Assembly: GCF_009914755.1 (NCBI RefSeq)
Contig: NC_060927.1
Reading direction: 5' to 3' (one strand)
Source: the human T2T-CHM13v2.0 reference genome, Homo sapiens
Length of the DNA stretch: 64,000 nucleotides
A program made the position numbers and the translations under genes. Every line of letters begins with the position of its first letter. The first letter of the stretch is position 1. This document shows, piece after piece, positions 38,760 through 53,096 of this stretch. A model generated the notes under the pieces. It worked only from the letters and a program-made list of their open reading frames with translations. It was not told the DNA's origin and did not search any database.

Positions 38760-39640
38760 CAAATTAAATTAAAGTTATCTATAAGTTTGCTAACCAGAAA
38801 TGACCATCTTACTTATTTTATAATCTTTAATTAAAAAAAATTTTTTTATTTTATAATATTGGGCTATTACTGCATACTTTTAATTTAACAATATCTAAAA
38901 ACATTTTCTCATCATTAAGTAGTCTTCTAAATGTCCTTTTAAATACCAACTGTATATATATATATATATGTAATTTATTAACTCGCTCCCCTATTGTTAG
39001 TCATTTAAGTAACTGTTTTATTCTATTATAAACAATTTTGCAATGAACATAATCGATGTTAAATCTTTGAACCAATCATCCACGATGTCACGAGTGAGTC
39101 AAAGCAAAGGCACCAATTTAAGATTTGCTCCCCAAAAAGTTTGGATAAGCTAGGTTGTTTGGGTTTGAATGCAAACTTCACCACTACTGCCTGATTTTGG
39201 ACAGGTTACTTAGATTCTCTGTGACTTAGTTTTCTCATCTGTAAGATAAGTAAGATAATAATATAACATACTGGTTGCATTATTACCTAACTCATTAATT
39301 ATATTATTGTCACTCAGTTAACTCATTAGTTCATTGTAAGGACTAATAATTAACACTGTAATGTACTTTGGATATGCCTGACACAATTATAAGCACTCAA
39401 TAGGCATTTGATAGTATTACCACATGACATTTATCTGCCATTTGTGTTTCTTCTTCTGAGAAATACATCTTTATATTGTGGTATTCTTTTCTCATGGAGG
39501 ATGTGTTTTTCTTATATATGATCATTAAGAGCTTTTTAAATTTTATGGATATTTATCACTTGTAATATATCTTGAAAATATTTTTCCCTGGCATGTCATC
39601 TGGATTCCAGTGTTGTTTATAGTGATTTTTTACATTCATA
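38760..39640 (-). mobile_element. L1ME fragments surrounding a plus-strand MIR (about 39150-39420)
   Basis: TAATTTATTAACTCGCTCCCCTATTGTTAGTCATTTAAG...CAATGAACAT; MIR core AGTTTTCTCATCTGTAAGAT. Confidence 0.65.
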
Positions 39641-39669
39641 CATTTATTCCTTTAATGCCGACTGCTCTA

Positions 39670-42310
39670 TCATACATTTTTTAATGCATACAACTTGATG
39701 AATTTATAGATAAGTATACACTTGTGAAACTGTCACAATTCACAAACGTGTCCATCACCTCCCACTTTCTTCTTCTTATTTGTGTGTGTAAGAGCATTTA
39801 ACACAAGATCTACCCTCTTAGCAAATTTTAAAGTATATAATACATTGTGAACTACAGGTAACATGCTGCGCAGTAAATCTCTAGGATTTATTCTCTTGAC
39901 TAACAGAAACTTCGCACATACTCTTCAACAAATACCTTCCTATGTCTCCATCCCTCCACCCTCAGCCACCACTATTTCATTCTCAGTTTCTATGAGTTTA
40001 ACTATTTTATATTCATCATATAAGTGCTATGATGCAGTATTTGTTCTTCAGTGTATGGCTTGGAATAGTACCCTCTAGTTTTGTTCATGTCATTGTAAAT
40101 GGTATTATTTTTAAAAAGCTGAATAATATTCCGTTGTGTGTGCAGACATGCACACATACATGCACAATAAAATATATATTGTGTGATATATATGTCATAT
40201 ATATATAATCTCACATTTTTGATCCAATTTTCCACTGATAAACATTTGTGTTGCTTCAATGTCTAGGCTATTGTGGACAATGCAGTCATGAACATGGGAG
40301 TGTAGACATCTTTTCAAATTTTAAACTTCAATTCTTTAGAATATATATCTAGAACTTGGATTGCTGGATCACATAATAGCTCTATTTTTTATTTTTTGAA
40401 GAACTTCCATACTATTTTTATAGTTGCTGCACTAATTTATATATTCACCAACAGTATACAAAAGTTCCATTTTCTCTCTATCATCACCAACATTTGCTAT
40501 CATTTGCTTTTTGATAATATCAATTTTAACAGGTGTAAGGCATTAACTCATTGTGGTTTTGGTTTGCATTTCTGTGATCATTAGTGATGTCAAGTACCTT
40601 TTCATATACCTGTTGGCCATTTGTCATTTGTATGTCTTACTTGGAGAAATATATGTTCAAGTCCTTTAGCCATTTTAATTGACCTTTGACAACTTAATAA
40701 TATTAAGTCTTTCAATCCATGAACATAGGATATATTTTTATTATTTGTGACTGCTTTTATTTCTTTATCAGTACTTTGTAGTTATTGTATAAGTCGTTCA
40801 CCTCCTTGGTTAATTCCTAAGTATTTTATTCTTTTTGATGCTTTTACTAATGGAATTACAAATTTTCTTAATTTTGTTTTCAGATTTTTTAATTGTTAGT
40901 GTACAGATATACAATTGATTTTTGCGTGTTGACTTTGTCACTACCTTGCTGAATTTGTTTATTCATTATAAAAGTTTTGTTACAAAATTTTTAGAATTTT
41001 CTACATATAAGAACATGTCATCTGCAAACAGATAATTTTACTTCTTCCTTTCTGATTTGGATAATTTTTTATTTCCCTTTCTTGCGTAATTTATCTGACT
41101 AGAACTTCCAGCACAACATTGAATAAAGGTGGTGAAAGCAGGCATTTTTGCCTTGTTGCTGATTTTAGAAGAAAAGCTTTCAGTCTTTTACCATTTAGTA
41201 TATTCGTTGTGGGTTTTTCCAAATATGGCTTTTATTATATTGTGGTAGTTTCCTTCTATTCCTAATTTGTTCAGACTTTTAATCATGGAAGTATGTGCAA
41301 TTTTGTCAAATGCTTTTTCTGCCTCAGTTGATAAGATCATGTGTTTTGTTTTTTCCTTCACATTCTTAATGTTGTATGTGGGCATTGATTGGCTTTTGCA
41401 TGTTAAACTACTTTTACATCCCCAAAATAAATGGGGTGCATTTCCTTATAATGGTGCATAATCCTTATAATATGCTGCTTAATTCAGTTTGCTAGTATTT
41501 TGTTAAAATGTTTGCATTAAGATTTATAAAGGAATTGATTTGCAGTTTTCTTTTTTTGTAGTGTTTTTGTCTGGCTTTGGTATTAGGGTAACGCAGGCCT
41601 CATTGAATGACACAGAAAATGTTATCTCTTCTTCAGCTTCTTAGAAAAGTTTGAGAAAGATTTGTTTTAGTTATTTGAGTGTTTGGTAGAATTCACTAGC
41701 AAAGCCATCACGTCTTAGGCTTTTCTTTGTTGGAAGATTTTTTTTTAAATTCAATCTCCCTACTTCTTATAGGTCTATTCAAATCTTCAATTTATTTGTG
41801 ATTTACTCTTGGTAGGATTTTGTTTCTCAAAATTTATCCATTTCTTCTTGCTTACGCAGTTTTCTGGCATACAATTGAAGTGGTGGTAATGCCCTTACTT
41901 TTTTGACTTTAGTAATTTGAAGCTTCTCTTTTTTGTTCTTAGTTCATCTAATTAAAGGTTTGTCAATTTTTTAAATTTCTCCAAAAAATAGATTTTGATT
42001 TTTATTAATTGTCTTTATTGTTTTGCTATTCTTTATTCTATATATCTCTTCTCTAGTCTTTATTATTTTCCTCTTCCTTCTTACTTTGGGCTTATTTTGT
42101 TCTTTTTCTAGTTCTGTAGGTTGTAAAGTTAAGTTATTGATTTGAGATTTTTCTTGTCTTTTAATGTAAGCATTTATAGCTATAAATTTCTACTTTGCAC
42201 TGGTTTTTCCATGTCTCTTAAGTTTTGGTGTGTTGTATTTTGTTTTTTGTTTTTTTTTTCATTCATTACAAAGCATTTTCTAATTTCCCTTGTAATTTTT
42301 TCTTAGATCC
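39670..42310 (-). mobile_element. L1MA/MB LINE-1 3' UTR and ORF2 with internal deletions
   Basis: AAGATCTACCCTCTTAGCAAATTTT 3' UTR; RT remnants HMILSTEAEKAFDKIAH and antisense FADD (ATGTCATCTGCAAA near 41015); deletion near 40680. Confidence 0.93.
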
Positions 42311-42760
42311 TAATTTACTGAAAGACTTAATATGCCTTTAAAAAAGTAGTAGATTCTAACTATGTTTTAAAAATTCTCCATTTAGCCTAACAGTTAAGTA
42401 ATCCACGTGGGTACCACACCTTAATTCTTCATATTGAATTACTGAAATTGTAATACACTGTGGTTAAAAGTCAAGAAAGGGCCCTTAAGTGAGTACTAAA
42501 AGTACAACTATTTATTTGGACAATATCTGTTTTGTAAACAAACTTCAAAAGTTATATTTGGTGTTACTTAAATATACAACTAAGAGAATTAATTACATTG
42601 CACATACAAACATAAGAACATTTAACGTAATTTTTTTTCATAAAAAGTCAAAAGGGTATGTTTCTATTATAGCACTAAAAGTATTTCTCCATAAACATTA
42701 AATATATGATATATAAATACATTTCTGTAATATCAAAGTTTTACTGGCAGGAAATCCTTT

Positions 42761-43054
<294 letters not shown>

Positions 43055-44277
43055 AGGAATTTCTTTTGTCTGTATTACTCACAAATGACAAAGCTTTGGC
43101 AAATACAACAGATTATGCCTAGAAAATGCCAATAAAATGTTTGCATCCCTTTCTCAAAAACTTTTGAAGATTAGAAGAATGACCTCTAAAATCTTTTTAC
43201 TTCAAAAAACAGATAATTAATTTGCACTTATTTATACATTTTACTGTGAAATGTAACACTCTTTTCTAATCAGTTGTCACTTATTCATTATATATTCTTA
43301 TATGTCAGAAGAATAGGAAAAAAATAAATGCAAATTTATAAAAGTGTTCACACCCAAGAGGCACAAGAAAGTATTCAAGGGATCAAATAAAGCACATTAA
43401 AAAGTGTAAGAGAATATAAGGAAAACTCATGACTCATGGCATTAATACAATTAATCTATGAGACCTCAAAGAGTAGCTTAAACCATTCTTAATTGTGTCA
43501 ATTAAAAACTGAGGGGATTGGACCACCTGAGTTTCACAGTTTCTTTGACCTCTTTTCAGCTTACATCATCTAGGATCTATTTCTCTTAGTTGTAACCAAG
43601 AATTCTGAATGATTCAACCTTCCATTTGCTTGCTTTCTACTACTGTTAATAATTCTAATTTTATTAACTTTGTTGTCCTTCATTATAGATTGTTTCAAAA
43701 GTATTGAGTAAAGAGGATATGACTAAAATAAAATAAATGGTAATAGCTTTAATTAACCTTATTTTATTTTACTGAAGATATTCTGTTTCCTACAAACTTC
43801 TCTTGCTTAAAATACTGATATTTGTTCAATTCAATTTCTACATAGCATTGTATTTTCTGGCCCATAGTCATTATAATCTAAAGTTCTGCTCTCATACAAT
43901 TACCGCACATCAATACTCTTCACAGCACATGAGGCCAATCCCAGGCATTTGTTCCAGACTCACCAAGAATAAGTTTGATTTCCACTTACAGAGCTCACTC
44001 AAATGGTACCAACACACTTACATATATTCTGTTTGCTATCATTTCATTCAGTTCCATAATTTTGAAAATTATGTTTTTTTCAGAATATGGGTTAATGCAT
44101 CTTTGGAAGCAATCATGTCTATGAAACTTATTTCACGGCTTCTCTCAAACTCTGCTCATGGAACACATTAATAGACACGGTGTTATTTGGTCCTGGTATT
44201 ATGAAACAGAGGCACCCAGGCTATGTAGTCTTGTGAGGTACATAAAAAGTTGAAAAGCAAGCAAAAAGAAGGCATTT

Positions 44278-44556
44278 TAAAATGCTCAATATCACTAATT
44301 ATCAGGGAAATGAAAATCAAAACTGCAATGCAATACCACTTCACTCCTGCAAGAATGGCCATAAACAAAAAATAAAAAATTAATAGATGTTGGCATGAAT
44401 GTAGTGAAAAGGGAACACTTTTACACTATTGGTGGGAATGTAAACTAATACAACCACTATGGAAAACAGGGTGGAGGATCCTTAAAGAACTAAAAGTGAA
44501 TCTATCATTTGATGCAGCAATCCCATTACTAGGTATCTACCCAGAGGGGAAGAAGT
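44278..44556 (+). mobile_element. L1PB ORF2 3' fragment
   Basis: CTCCTGCAAGAATGGCCATAA...AAAAGGGAACACTTTTACAC...CTACCCAGAGG. Confidence 0.9.
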
Positions 44557-45411
44557 ATATAAGGTAGGTTGAGAGGCAGATGATTGGAGCAAGGGCAGGT
44601 GAGTGGCAGTAACTGAAATTCAAGAGACTAGTGAGGAAGCCAAACTGGGCCCTTCAATTGATACCTTCAGTTAGGTCTGAAGATCTATGAATGGGAACTA
44701 AAAGGTGGTCAGACAAATAAAAAAGAGTTGGGAAAGCTGGAGAATGTGTCTTGTTAAAAGATAAATTATATATGGGGCAAAGGAGAAAAAAGAGAAGTGT
44801 TTAAAGCTTCTAATCTGGCTTCCTGGAAAATTTAAGGATTTAGTGTAAGAAATGAGGGTGTTTGGAAAAAGAGTGTATTTAAGAGGATATGGTATGTTCC
44901 AATCTACTGTCCACACCTGTGACATTCTCTGCCATCATGGAAATGTTCTATTTTCCTTTCAGATTAATCCATTTACACAATAGATATTGGGAAAATTGGA
45001 ACTATTGTAAATTTTATGACATGAGAGAAACATAGAAAGTCTTAGGGCAAAACTTGGTCTCAAATTTGGCATTGTGCATTGGTTAACTTATTCAATACAC
45101 AGATAATAAAGGCTTAGAATATAAATTTGCTATCTCCCCATGTGTTTCCATTTAAAAGAAGACTTTAGCCCTTTTCATGATATAAATTGACTGGAGAGCT
45201 ATAGCTCATTCTTATTCCATAAGTATTTTTAAGCTACCAAATGATTTTCTATATAAAGAAATTGATGAATAAATATAGATGACTTCTGATTTGCTTGCAA
45301 AATACTTTCTGTAGTCTGTGTTTTAGCTGAATCTGCTTCATCCTTTCATGCTTGCTAATAAGACATCTCTTTGGCCGAGAATGGTTTCTGGCTCATCCAA
45401 GTAAAACTCAC

Positions 45412-45501
45412 CTGCTGTGCTGCTGCAGACATGGAGTGAGCCTTGTCATTCTGTTCTCCTCAGCAGAATATGACATGCGAGAAGTGAACTCAGCGTGCAG
45501 A
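45412..45501 (-). other. Candidate 90-nt exon of an unidentified (possibly non-coding) transcript
   Basis: Pyrimidine tract and CAG acceptor at 45502-45533; perfect CAG|GTGAGT donor at 45411; one open frame LHAEFTSRMSYSAEENRMTRLTPCLQQHS. Confidence 0.4.
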
Positions 45502-46547
45502 CTGGTGAAGCCAGCAGAGGGAGAGTTAAAGGGTTTATAGCTATGGCAGCATGAGGATTTTTACTTCCTGAGGATCCACATGACATGCCAAATTAAATAT
45601 TTTCATTTGCCTGCTTATTAACATTTTAGTGAATCTTTCTACCACTCCAACTATCTTATGACATGGTAGATGTCAAAAAACCTATGCATTTATGTTGATC
45701 ACATTTTGAAACACAGTATGTGTAACACAGATTGTTTTGTTCAAAAGTTATGACCAATTATTAGTCTAGGTTAGAAGGTCACCAAATTGGGCAAACATTA
45801 ATATCTGTTACTAGCATGTTTCAAACATTGACATTACGTTTTCTTTAAAACAATTCTCTCTCATACAGGGTTTTTTTGTGTTTTTTGTTTTTTCATGATA
45901 ATCTAGCACTGGGCTCAAAACCATGCTGGCAAATCTATGAGATTCTACTCTGCAGAAATCTCTCAGAGGAAATGAATCACTTTGGAAGAATGAAAAACAT
46001 GTTCATTTCTACTCCAAAGAAGAAAACAAAGCAATGGCACAGGAAATGGTCAAGAGGAAAATAGTTATATCTTTCATAAGATTCACAAAGCCAGGTTCTA
46101 TTAATTTTGGGTAGTAAATCCTTTCCTTTTAGACTCCAAAAGTTTGGTGGAACCAATATGCATGTACTTTAAAGAAGCATTTGTTGTAGAAACATCTGTC
46201 TAATTCCAATCTCAGGCTACGTGGGCCCAGTTGAGAGCTCTGCCAAGTAAACTTGTGCCAGTGTTGTGTCCCAGGGCCAAAGCTTGGGTAAATTTTTCTT
46301 CTGTGTGTAGCCAGGGTTGGAAGAACTAGAGAGATAAATCTGAGCCTGTTTCCTTCTGAGTGCCAAGTATTGATCTACAAGTCAAAAATACAAGAAGAGC
46401 AAAAACAGTTGACAAACTAAAGTTTAGGAATCAATTAAAACAGGAATACTCAAATGAAATTTGAACAATTAAAGTAGGAGAATAGCTGGAAACAAGCTAA
46501 TTGGGGTACATTTTAGCGAAGTACCTGGGATTTATCTTTAGTTATTA

Positions 46548-47030
46548 TATTCATTAAAAGTCTTTATTGAGCATCTGTTATACACTGGGCACTGTTTTCA
46601 GTACATAGGATACTTCAGTGTAAAATATCAAATAATAAGCTCTTACTTCTTAGAACTTAACTTCTAGACTGAGCGGGTAAGAGAAGATAATGCACTCTCT
46701 GTAGACATAAGTTAAATTATATAATTATAAGAAAATAATAGGTAATACAATAATTCAAACTAGAACAGAGTAATTTGGATTAGACTTAAGAAGAAAGGGA
46801 TAGTTTGCAATTTTAACATGATCAGAGCAAACTTCATTTAAAAACTGGCATTTCAACAAAGATTTGAAGAAGGGGAAGGGATTACATGTAAATATCTGAG
46901 AAAATAATATTCCAGACAGGAGTAACAGTTAGTGTATGCCCTGAAGCTGAAATATGCCTTAACCATAGGAGGCTTGAAGTGTTTTTAGGTTGAATTGGCT
47001 TGAAGGTAAAAGAGTATTTGAACATTATCA
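46548..47030 (-). mobile_element. L2a 3' end
   Basis: TTTATTGAGCATCTGTTATACACTGGGCACTGTT...GCATTTCAACAAAGATTTGAAG. Confidence 0.8.
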
Positions 47031-47272
47031 AAGCTTACTGACTCATCTAATTTCTGAGTGGCTTCCCCGAGTGTTTAACGTTAGTCATCTGTGTTATGTC
47101 CATTAGCTTCCTAGAGCTTTTGCTGTCTGACTTTCTTTGTAAGACTCAGATGCTATTGTTCCTGGGAGACAACTGAGAATCTGCTTCTGTTCAATTGAAG
47201 GTCCACGAGCAACTTACCAAACACTGTTCTGAGAGTAGAACAGATTCAGATGGACCCATTCAGTTTATTATA

Positions 47273-47700
47273 TGTAATGGTCACCAAAAATATTCACATC
47301 CACAAGCCCAGAATCTGTGAGTATGTTGCCTTACATGGCAAAAGAGACTTTGCAGATGTGACTCAGTTGAGGATTTTGAGGAGAGACTATTTCTAGTTAT
47401 CTCGGTGGCTGCAATATAATCAGTAGAGTCCTTATAAGAGGGTGGCAGGATTGTCAGTGTCAGAAAGAGAGAGATTTGAAATGCACATTTATGGCTTTGA
47501 AGATGAGGAAAGGAGCCCAAACCAAGGGATACAGATAGTCTCTAGAAGGTGAAAAAGGCAAGGCAATGGATTCTACCCTAAATCCTACAGAAGGCATCTT
47601 GATTTTAGGCCTTCTGACCTCCATTAATGTAAGAAAAAAAAATGTGTTGAATTAGGTCAGGAAATACGTGGTAATTCATTATAATAATAAGGAAATGATA
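47273..47700 (+). mobile_element. MLT1D LTR
   Basis: TGTGAGTATGTTGCCTTACATGGCAAAAGAGACTTTGCAGATGTG...TGGCTTTGAAGATG...AAAAGGCAAGG. Confidence 0.88.
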
Positions 47701-48444
47701 ATTATTATTGTAATAATAGGGATTTGTCAGCAATTTATTTTCAGTTGCCCTAACATGTTCTAATCCTAAAAATTCTGCTAATCCCAAAGGTCAGGATTCT
47801 GTGGATATGGATAAAAGTTACAGAGCAAAGAATTCTCAGTTTCTCCTTGACCTTTTTGAAAGCAACATTAAATCTCACAGAGACTGTTTCTTAAATTTAT
47901 CAAAAACCTTCAGTATCTCATGATAACTGCTACAAGGAGCCAGGGAAGCCTCAGCCCAGACCAGGCCTTCATTAAAACTCAACAAATTTGGCTACGTAAA
48001 GATTGGCCTTGGCTTTTAGGAAGTCAAAGAGTTATTCACATTATTGCTTTTTCCTCTGTATACTGCGTTGTTCTCCTATTACCTTGACAAGGATAATACT
48101 TTTAATATGCACTGGCAGCTTTGTAAAAAGCCTACTATTTTTAAAAAATTATAGTTCTGGAATGTGGATAATATTTTGTGAACATTTGTATTCTAGTTTA
48201 TACAATCAAGGCAGGATACAAAGATGCATCAGTATCTGTTAAAAAAAAAAGTGAATCCAACAGAATAGATTCTAGCTTTAGCCCTTTTGAAGAGTGTGTC
48301 CTTGAATAAGTCACTTTGCCTTGCTGTACCACTCTCTAGCCTCTTAAAAATGTAGTAATCAATAGGGTTATCAAGAGAACAAAGGCTCTGAGTTATCTAT
48401 AGTTGAAGAAGAGCTCAGAAGTAAATTTCATAAGTATTTTAAAT

Positions 48445-48560
48445 ATAAAATGTTAGACTTGGAAAAGACCTTAGCAATGAATTGGTCCAAGACTCACTTT
48501 ATATGAGTAAACCTGTGGACAGAGAAATACAGTGGTTTACACAATGTCACATAGCTGTTT
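48445..48560 (-). mobile_element. MIR3-like fragment
   Basis: AATGTTAGACTTGGAAAAGACCTTAG...GTCCAA...GTCACATAGCT. Confidence 0.55.
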
Positions 48561-49142
48561 AATATATTACTTTTTTCCCCAAAGAATCCAAAGACCTCAA
48601 AAAAATAAGCTGGTTCTTCTACTCTTCATTACAACTTTATTTTTAAATATCTCAATCAACTGTGTCATCAATAAATTGCCACTTCACTGAGACTAAAAGT
48701 GGAGATAGTATCCACTGAGTTAGCAGTTCCCTGTGAAATGATGAGCCTACATAAATAAGGAAGTAGAAGCAGAAAAACTTTGAATAAGGAACTTTTCATA
48801 TGTATAAAAGCTATGGCTTCCTCTAATTTTAGTTTCCTTCTTTCTGGCTGTAGAAAGATTCTATGTCATTCAGCTATTGTAAATACCATGTAACCAATGG
48901 TCGTTCCACTACCATACGGACATTTTTTCTCATTATTTTTCTTATAACCTACTTTCATGAGTAACTCTAAAATTAATTGTGGCGTAGTTGGGCAGTGGTT
49001 ATTCCTCTTCAGAGATATTTCTGAAACATCCACAATGCAAAGCTAACCTCATTGATCAGGTATGAATGTGTTCATAAAATGAATGCTGGAAAATATCTCA
49101 TATATCATATTATTTGTGAATATATATCTGTGTGTGTATGTG

Positions 49143-50840
49143 TACCTAAGAATACATCTAGCCAAGAAGATGAAAGATCTTTATGAGAAAAACTACAAAC
49201 ATTGATGAAAAAAGTCAGAGATAACACAAACAAATGGAAAAAACATTTCATGCTCATATATTAAAAGAGTCAATATTTTTAAAATACCTATTCTGCCTAA
49301 AGCAATCTACACATTCAGCGCTTTTCCTACCAAACTACCAATGTCATTTTTTTCACAGAATTAGATAAAAACTCTTCTAAAATTCAAATGGAACCAAAAA
49401 AGCCCCCAAATAGCCAAAGCAAACCTTCAAACACATATAAAAAACTGGAAGTATCACATTACCTGACTTCAAACTATGCTATATAAGTCCACAGTAACCA
49501 AAACAGTATGGGACTGGGGGAAAAAAAAAAAGATACATAGACCAATGGAACAGAATAGAGAACCCAGAAATAAAGTTGCACACCTACAGCCATCTGATCT
49601 TTCAGGAAGTCAAAAAAAGCAAGCAATGGGGAAAGAAATTCCTATTTAATAAATGGTTCTTGGATAGCTGGCTAACTATATACAGAAGAGTGAAAGTGGA
49701 CTCCTACCTTTCATCACATACAAAAATTAATTAAGCATTTAAATGTACAACGTCAAACTATAAAAATCCTAGAAAACAATTTAGGAAACTCTATCCTGGA
49801 CATTGGCCTTGTAAAAGAATTTATGACAAAGTCCTAAAAAGTAATCACAAAAAAAATGACAAGTCGGACCTAATTAAAGATCTTCTGCACAGCAAAAGAA
49901 ACTATCAATAAACAGACAAGCTATAGCGTAGGAGAAAATATTTGCAAACTATGCATTCAACAAAAGTCTAATATCCAGAATCTATAAGGTACTTAAGCAA
50001 TTCATCAAGCAGAAAACAAATAGCTTTGTTAAAAAGTGGGCAAAAGACATAGGCAGACATTTCTCAAATGAAAACATACAAGTAGCCAACAAACATATTA
50101 AAAAATGTTCAACATCACTAATCATCAGAGAAATTTAAATCCAAACCACAATGACATACCATTTCACACCAGTCAGAATGGCTACTACCAAAAACAAACA
50201 AACAAACAAACAAAAAACATGCTGGTGAGGCGTCAGAGAAAAGGAAATGCTTATACACTTTTGGTGGGAATGTAAATGAGTTCATCCACTCTGGAGAGCA
50301 GTTTGGAGATTTCTCATAAAACTTAGAACCACCACTGGATCCAGTAATACCATTACTGGATATATATCCAAAAGTAAATAAATTGCTCTAACAAAAAGAC
50401 ATAAGCACTCATATTCATCACAGGGCTATTCACAATAGCAAAGACATGGAATCAGCCTAGGTACCCATCAATGGTGGATCCATAAAAAATAATGAAATTA
50501 TTTCTTTGTGACAGTATGGATGCAGCTAGAGGCCATTATTCTAAGCAAATTAACACGAGAATAGAAAACCAAATACTGCAGATTTTCACCTACAAGTGGA
50601 AGCTAGACACTGGGTACTCATGGACATAAAGACAGCAATAGCAGACACTGGAAACTACTAAGATGGGGAGACAAGGAGGGGGCCAAGAGTCCAAAAGCCA
50701 CCTATTGGGTGCTATACTCACTACCTGGGTGATGGGATCATTTGTACCCCAACCTCAGCATTACATAAGGTATCCATGTAACAAACCTGCACATATACCC
50801 CGAATCTAAAATAAGAGTTGAAATTATAGATAAAATAAAA
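49143..50840 (+). mobile_element. L1PA15/16-type LINE-1, 5' truncated, with 3' end
   Basis: ORF2 3' sequence through CATGTAACAAACCTGCACATATACCCC...CTAAAATAAGAGTTGAAATT and an A-rich tail. Confidence 0.95.
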
Positions 50841-52356
50841 GTTTTATCAACATATATGTATCACTATATGTATTATATTATGTATAATTAATATAATAAA
50901 TATGTATCAATAAAATATATTTTTTCCAGCCAGTCATTCATGTTACCTGTCCTCCTGTTCTTTAACCTCACAAAAATAAAATTGGGCTTTCAAAGTTTTT
51001 TTTCCTGTTGCCCAGTAGAAAAAAAATGTTGTGGCTTCTACTTAAAGTCATCTAATTTAACATCAAGGCTAAAACAGGGAGAATATCAAGAAGCTTAAGT
51101 ATGTGGACAGAGAAGGAGACATTTTCATAAGTGTTAAATAACAAACAGAGAAATTTTCCTGAATGCTTCACTTCACATGACATTTGCCTTCATAAAGATT
51201 GCTCAGTACAGAAAAAAAAGAACTTTGAGAAACCCTTGAAAAAATGTATGAGATAGAACTGAACAGGCATGAGCTGTCATGCCTAGGATAAGTCAAAGAA
51301 GGAAGTCACCATGAAACATACAAAACAAAAGTGACATGGGAATCACGAGGTCATAGAATTAAGCCTGCCACCCGGTGGAATGTCACACAGCATGCAAATT
51401 AAAATTAAGGTCTCAGTACTGAGCTACTCAAGTAAAGGGATGAGCATTGTTGGAATATACCTTGAGTTGGACACACAAGTCCACTATGGTGAGATGTTTT
51501 TTAATGTCTCTACTAAACCTAATTTGATTCTGCAGAATATCTGCCTTAAAGTAACATTACATTTAGGTCTATCTAACTCCATTCTTTTGAAATACAAATT
51601 GGCCTACCCACTTAGTTCTCCATATGTAATATGTCAGGAATAAGAATTTTTCTTTGTAATAACTAGTCACATTAATAAACATTTCTTAGTATCTTTTGAT
51701 ACATAGAACAGACTCTTGCTTGAGTATTAGGAAATATGAAGAAAGTTTATTGCCCTGTGAGAAATTCGTAATTGGTCACTTGGTGAATTTGTACTTTATT
51801 GCTTTTCCTCTGAGAAATGCATTCCTTGGTTTATAAGACCTTGAAATCTCTAAGATAAAGAAATTTTGTTTCTATTAATGTTGAGAAACGTCATCACTAT
51901 TATGTTTTTATGGTTGGATCTTTGGTGGTTACCCATTATCATTACAGACAACAATTTCACACTGTGCCTCTAACATTCTCAAATATATGAATTAACAAAG
52001 AAATTGTATGAAATCCTGAGAAGCACAGAAAAATGTATGTCTTTTTTTTTCTTAAGCTAGATATTTAAGAACAAGGCACAATACATCTTGAAAAAAAGAT
52101 TTATAGAACTAATAAAATCTTGGCAAATAAAGCATTATGATTCCATTCACAAATGTGATAAAGACAGTAAGCTAAACTTTCAAAGCTGCATCTTAGACAC
52201 TTTATCCTAACTAGGTTTTCTAAGATTTAACCACCCATGCGAATTACTATGTGTTGTGAATTTCAAGTACCATTTTTGCCTTTATTTATTGGATCTGCTA
52301 ATTTTTCACTTCTGAGTCACAGCATTCCAGCTGAGTAATCATTGCATCATTATTTT

Positions 52357-52400
52357 AAAAAAAGGAAAGAAAGGAAGGGAGGGAGGGAGGAAGGAAGAAA
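52357..52400. repeat. (GGAA/GGGA)n purine repeat
   Basis: aaaaaaaggaaagaaaggaagggagggagggaggaaggaagaaa. Confidence 0.85.
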
Positions 52401-52499
52401 ATTATAAAACTCATAACTTTTTTGCAAAACAAAACCATGTTTTCCTCCAAAATACAAGAATTGACAGCAGAGTTTATGCTTTTCTCACAATTGCAAATA

Positions 52500-53014
52500 C
52501 AGTTGACCTTTGAACAACATGCATCTGAATTGCACGAGTCCACTTATACATGAGTTTTCTTCTGCGTCTGCCACATCTGAGACAGCAACACCAATTTCTT
52601 CTCTTCTTACTCCTCCTCAGCCTACACACTGTAAACACAATGAGGATGAAGACCTTTATGATGATTCATTTCCACATAATAAATAGCAAATATATTTTCT
52701 CTTCCCTGTAATTTTCTTAGTAACATTGTTTTTCCTCTAGCTTATTTAATTGTACAAATTCAGTTGTACAAATTCAATTGCACAATTAAATAAGCTAGAG
52801 GAAAAACAATGTTACTAAGAAAGTATATAATACGTATATAAAAGCATATAATACATATATAAAATATGTGTTAATAGACTATGTTGTCAATAAGGGTTCT
52901 GGTCAACAGTAGGCTATTACTAGTTAGAAGTTAAAGGAGTCAAATGCTACATGTGAGTTTTTCATTGCATGGGGGTTGGCGCCTCTAACAACCGCATTGT
53001 TCAAGAGTCAACTG
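52500..53014. mobile_element. Tigger2a (MER28) with an acquired internal inverted duplication
   Basis: TIRs CAGTTGACCTTTGAACAA and TTGTTCAAGAGTCAACTG; TA TSD. Confidence 0.93.
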
Positions 53015-53096
53015 TACTTTTCATTATTAAAAAAAGAAAAAAACTATACTCACTAAAAACTTAGTTGCTGATAGAAGCACTCCTAGCATCAAAATC

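Noticed and set aside
43803-44171. 122-aa ORF
   Set aside because: Non-ATG start, AT-rich composition, no recognisable domain
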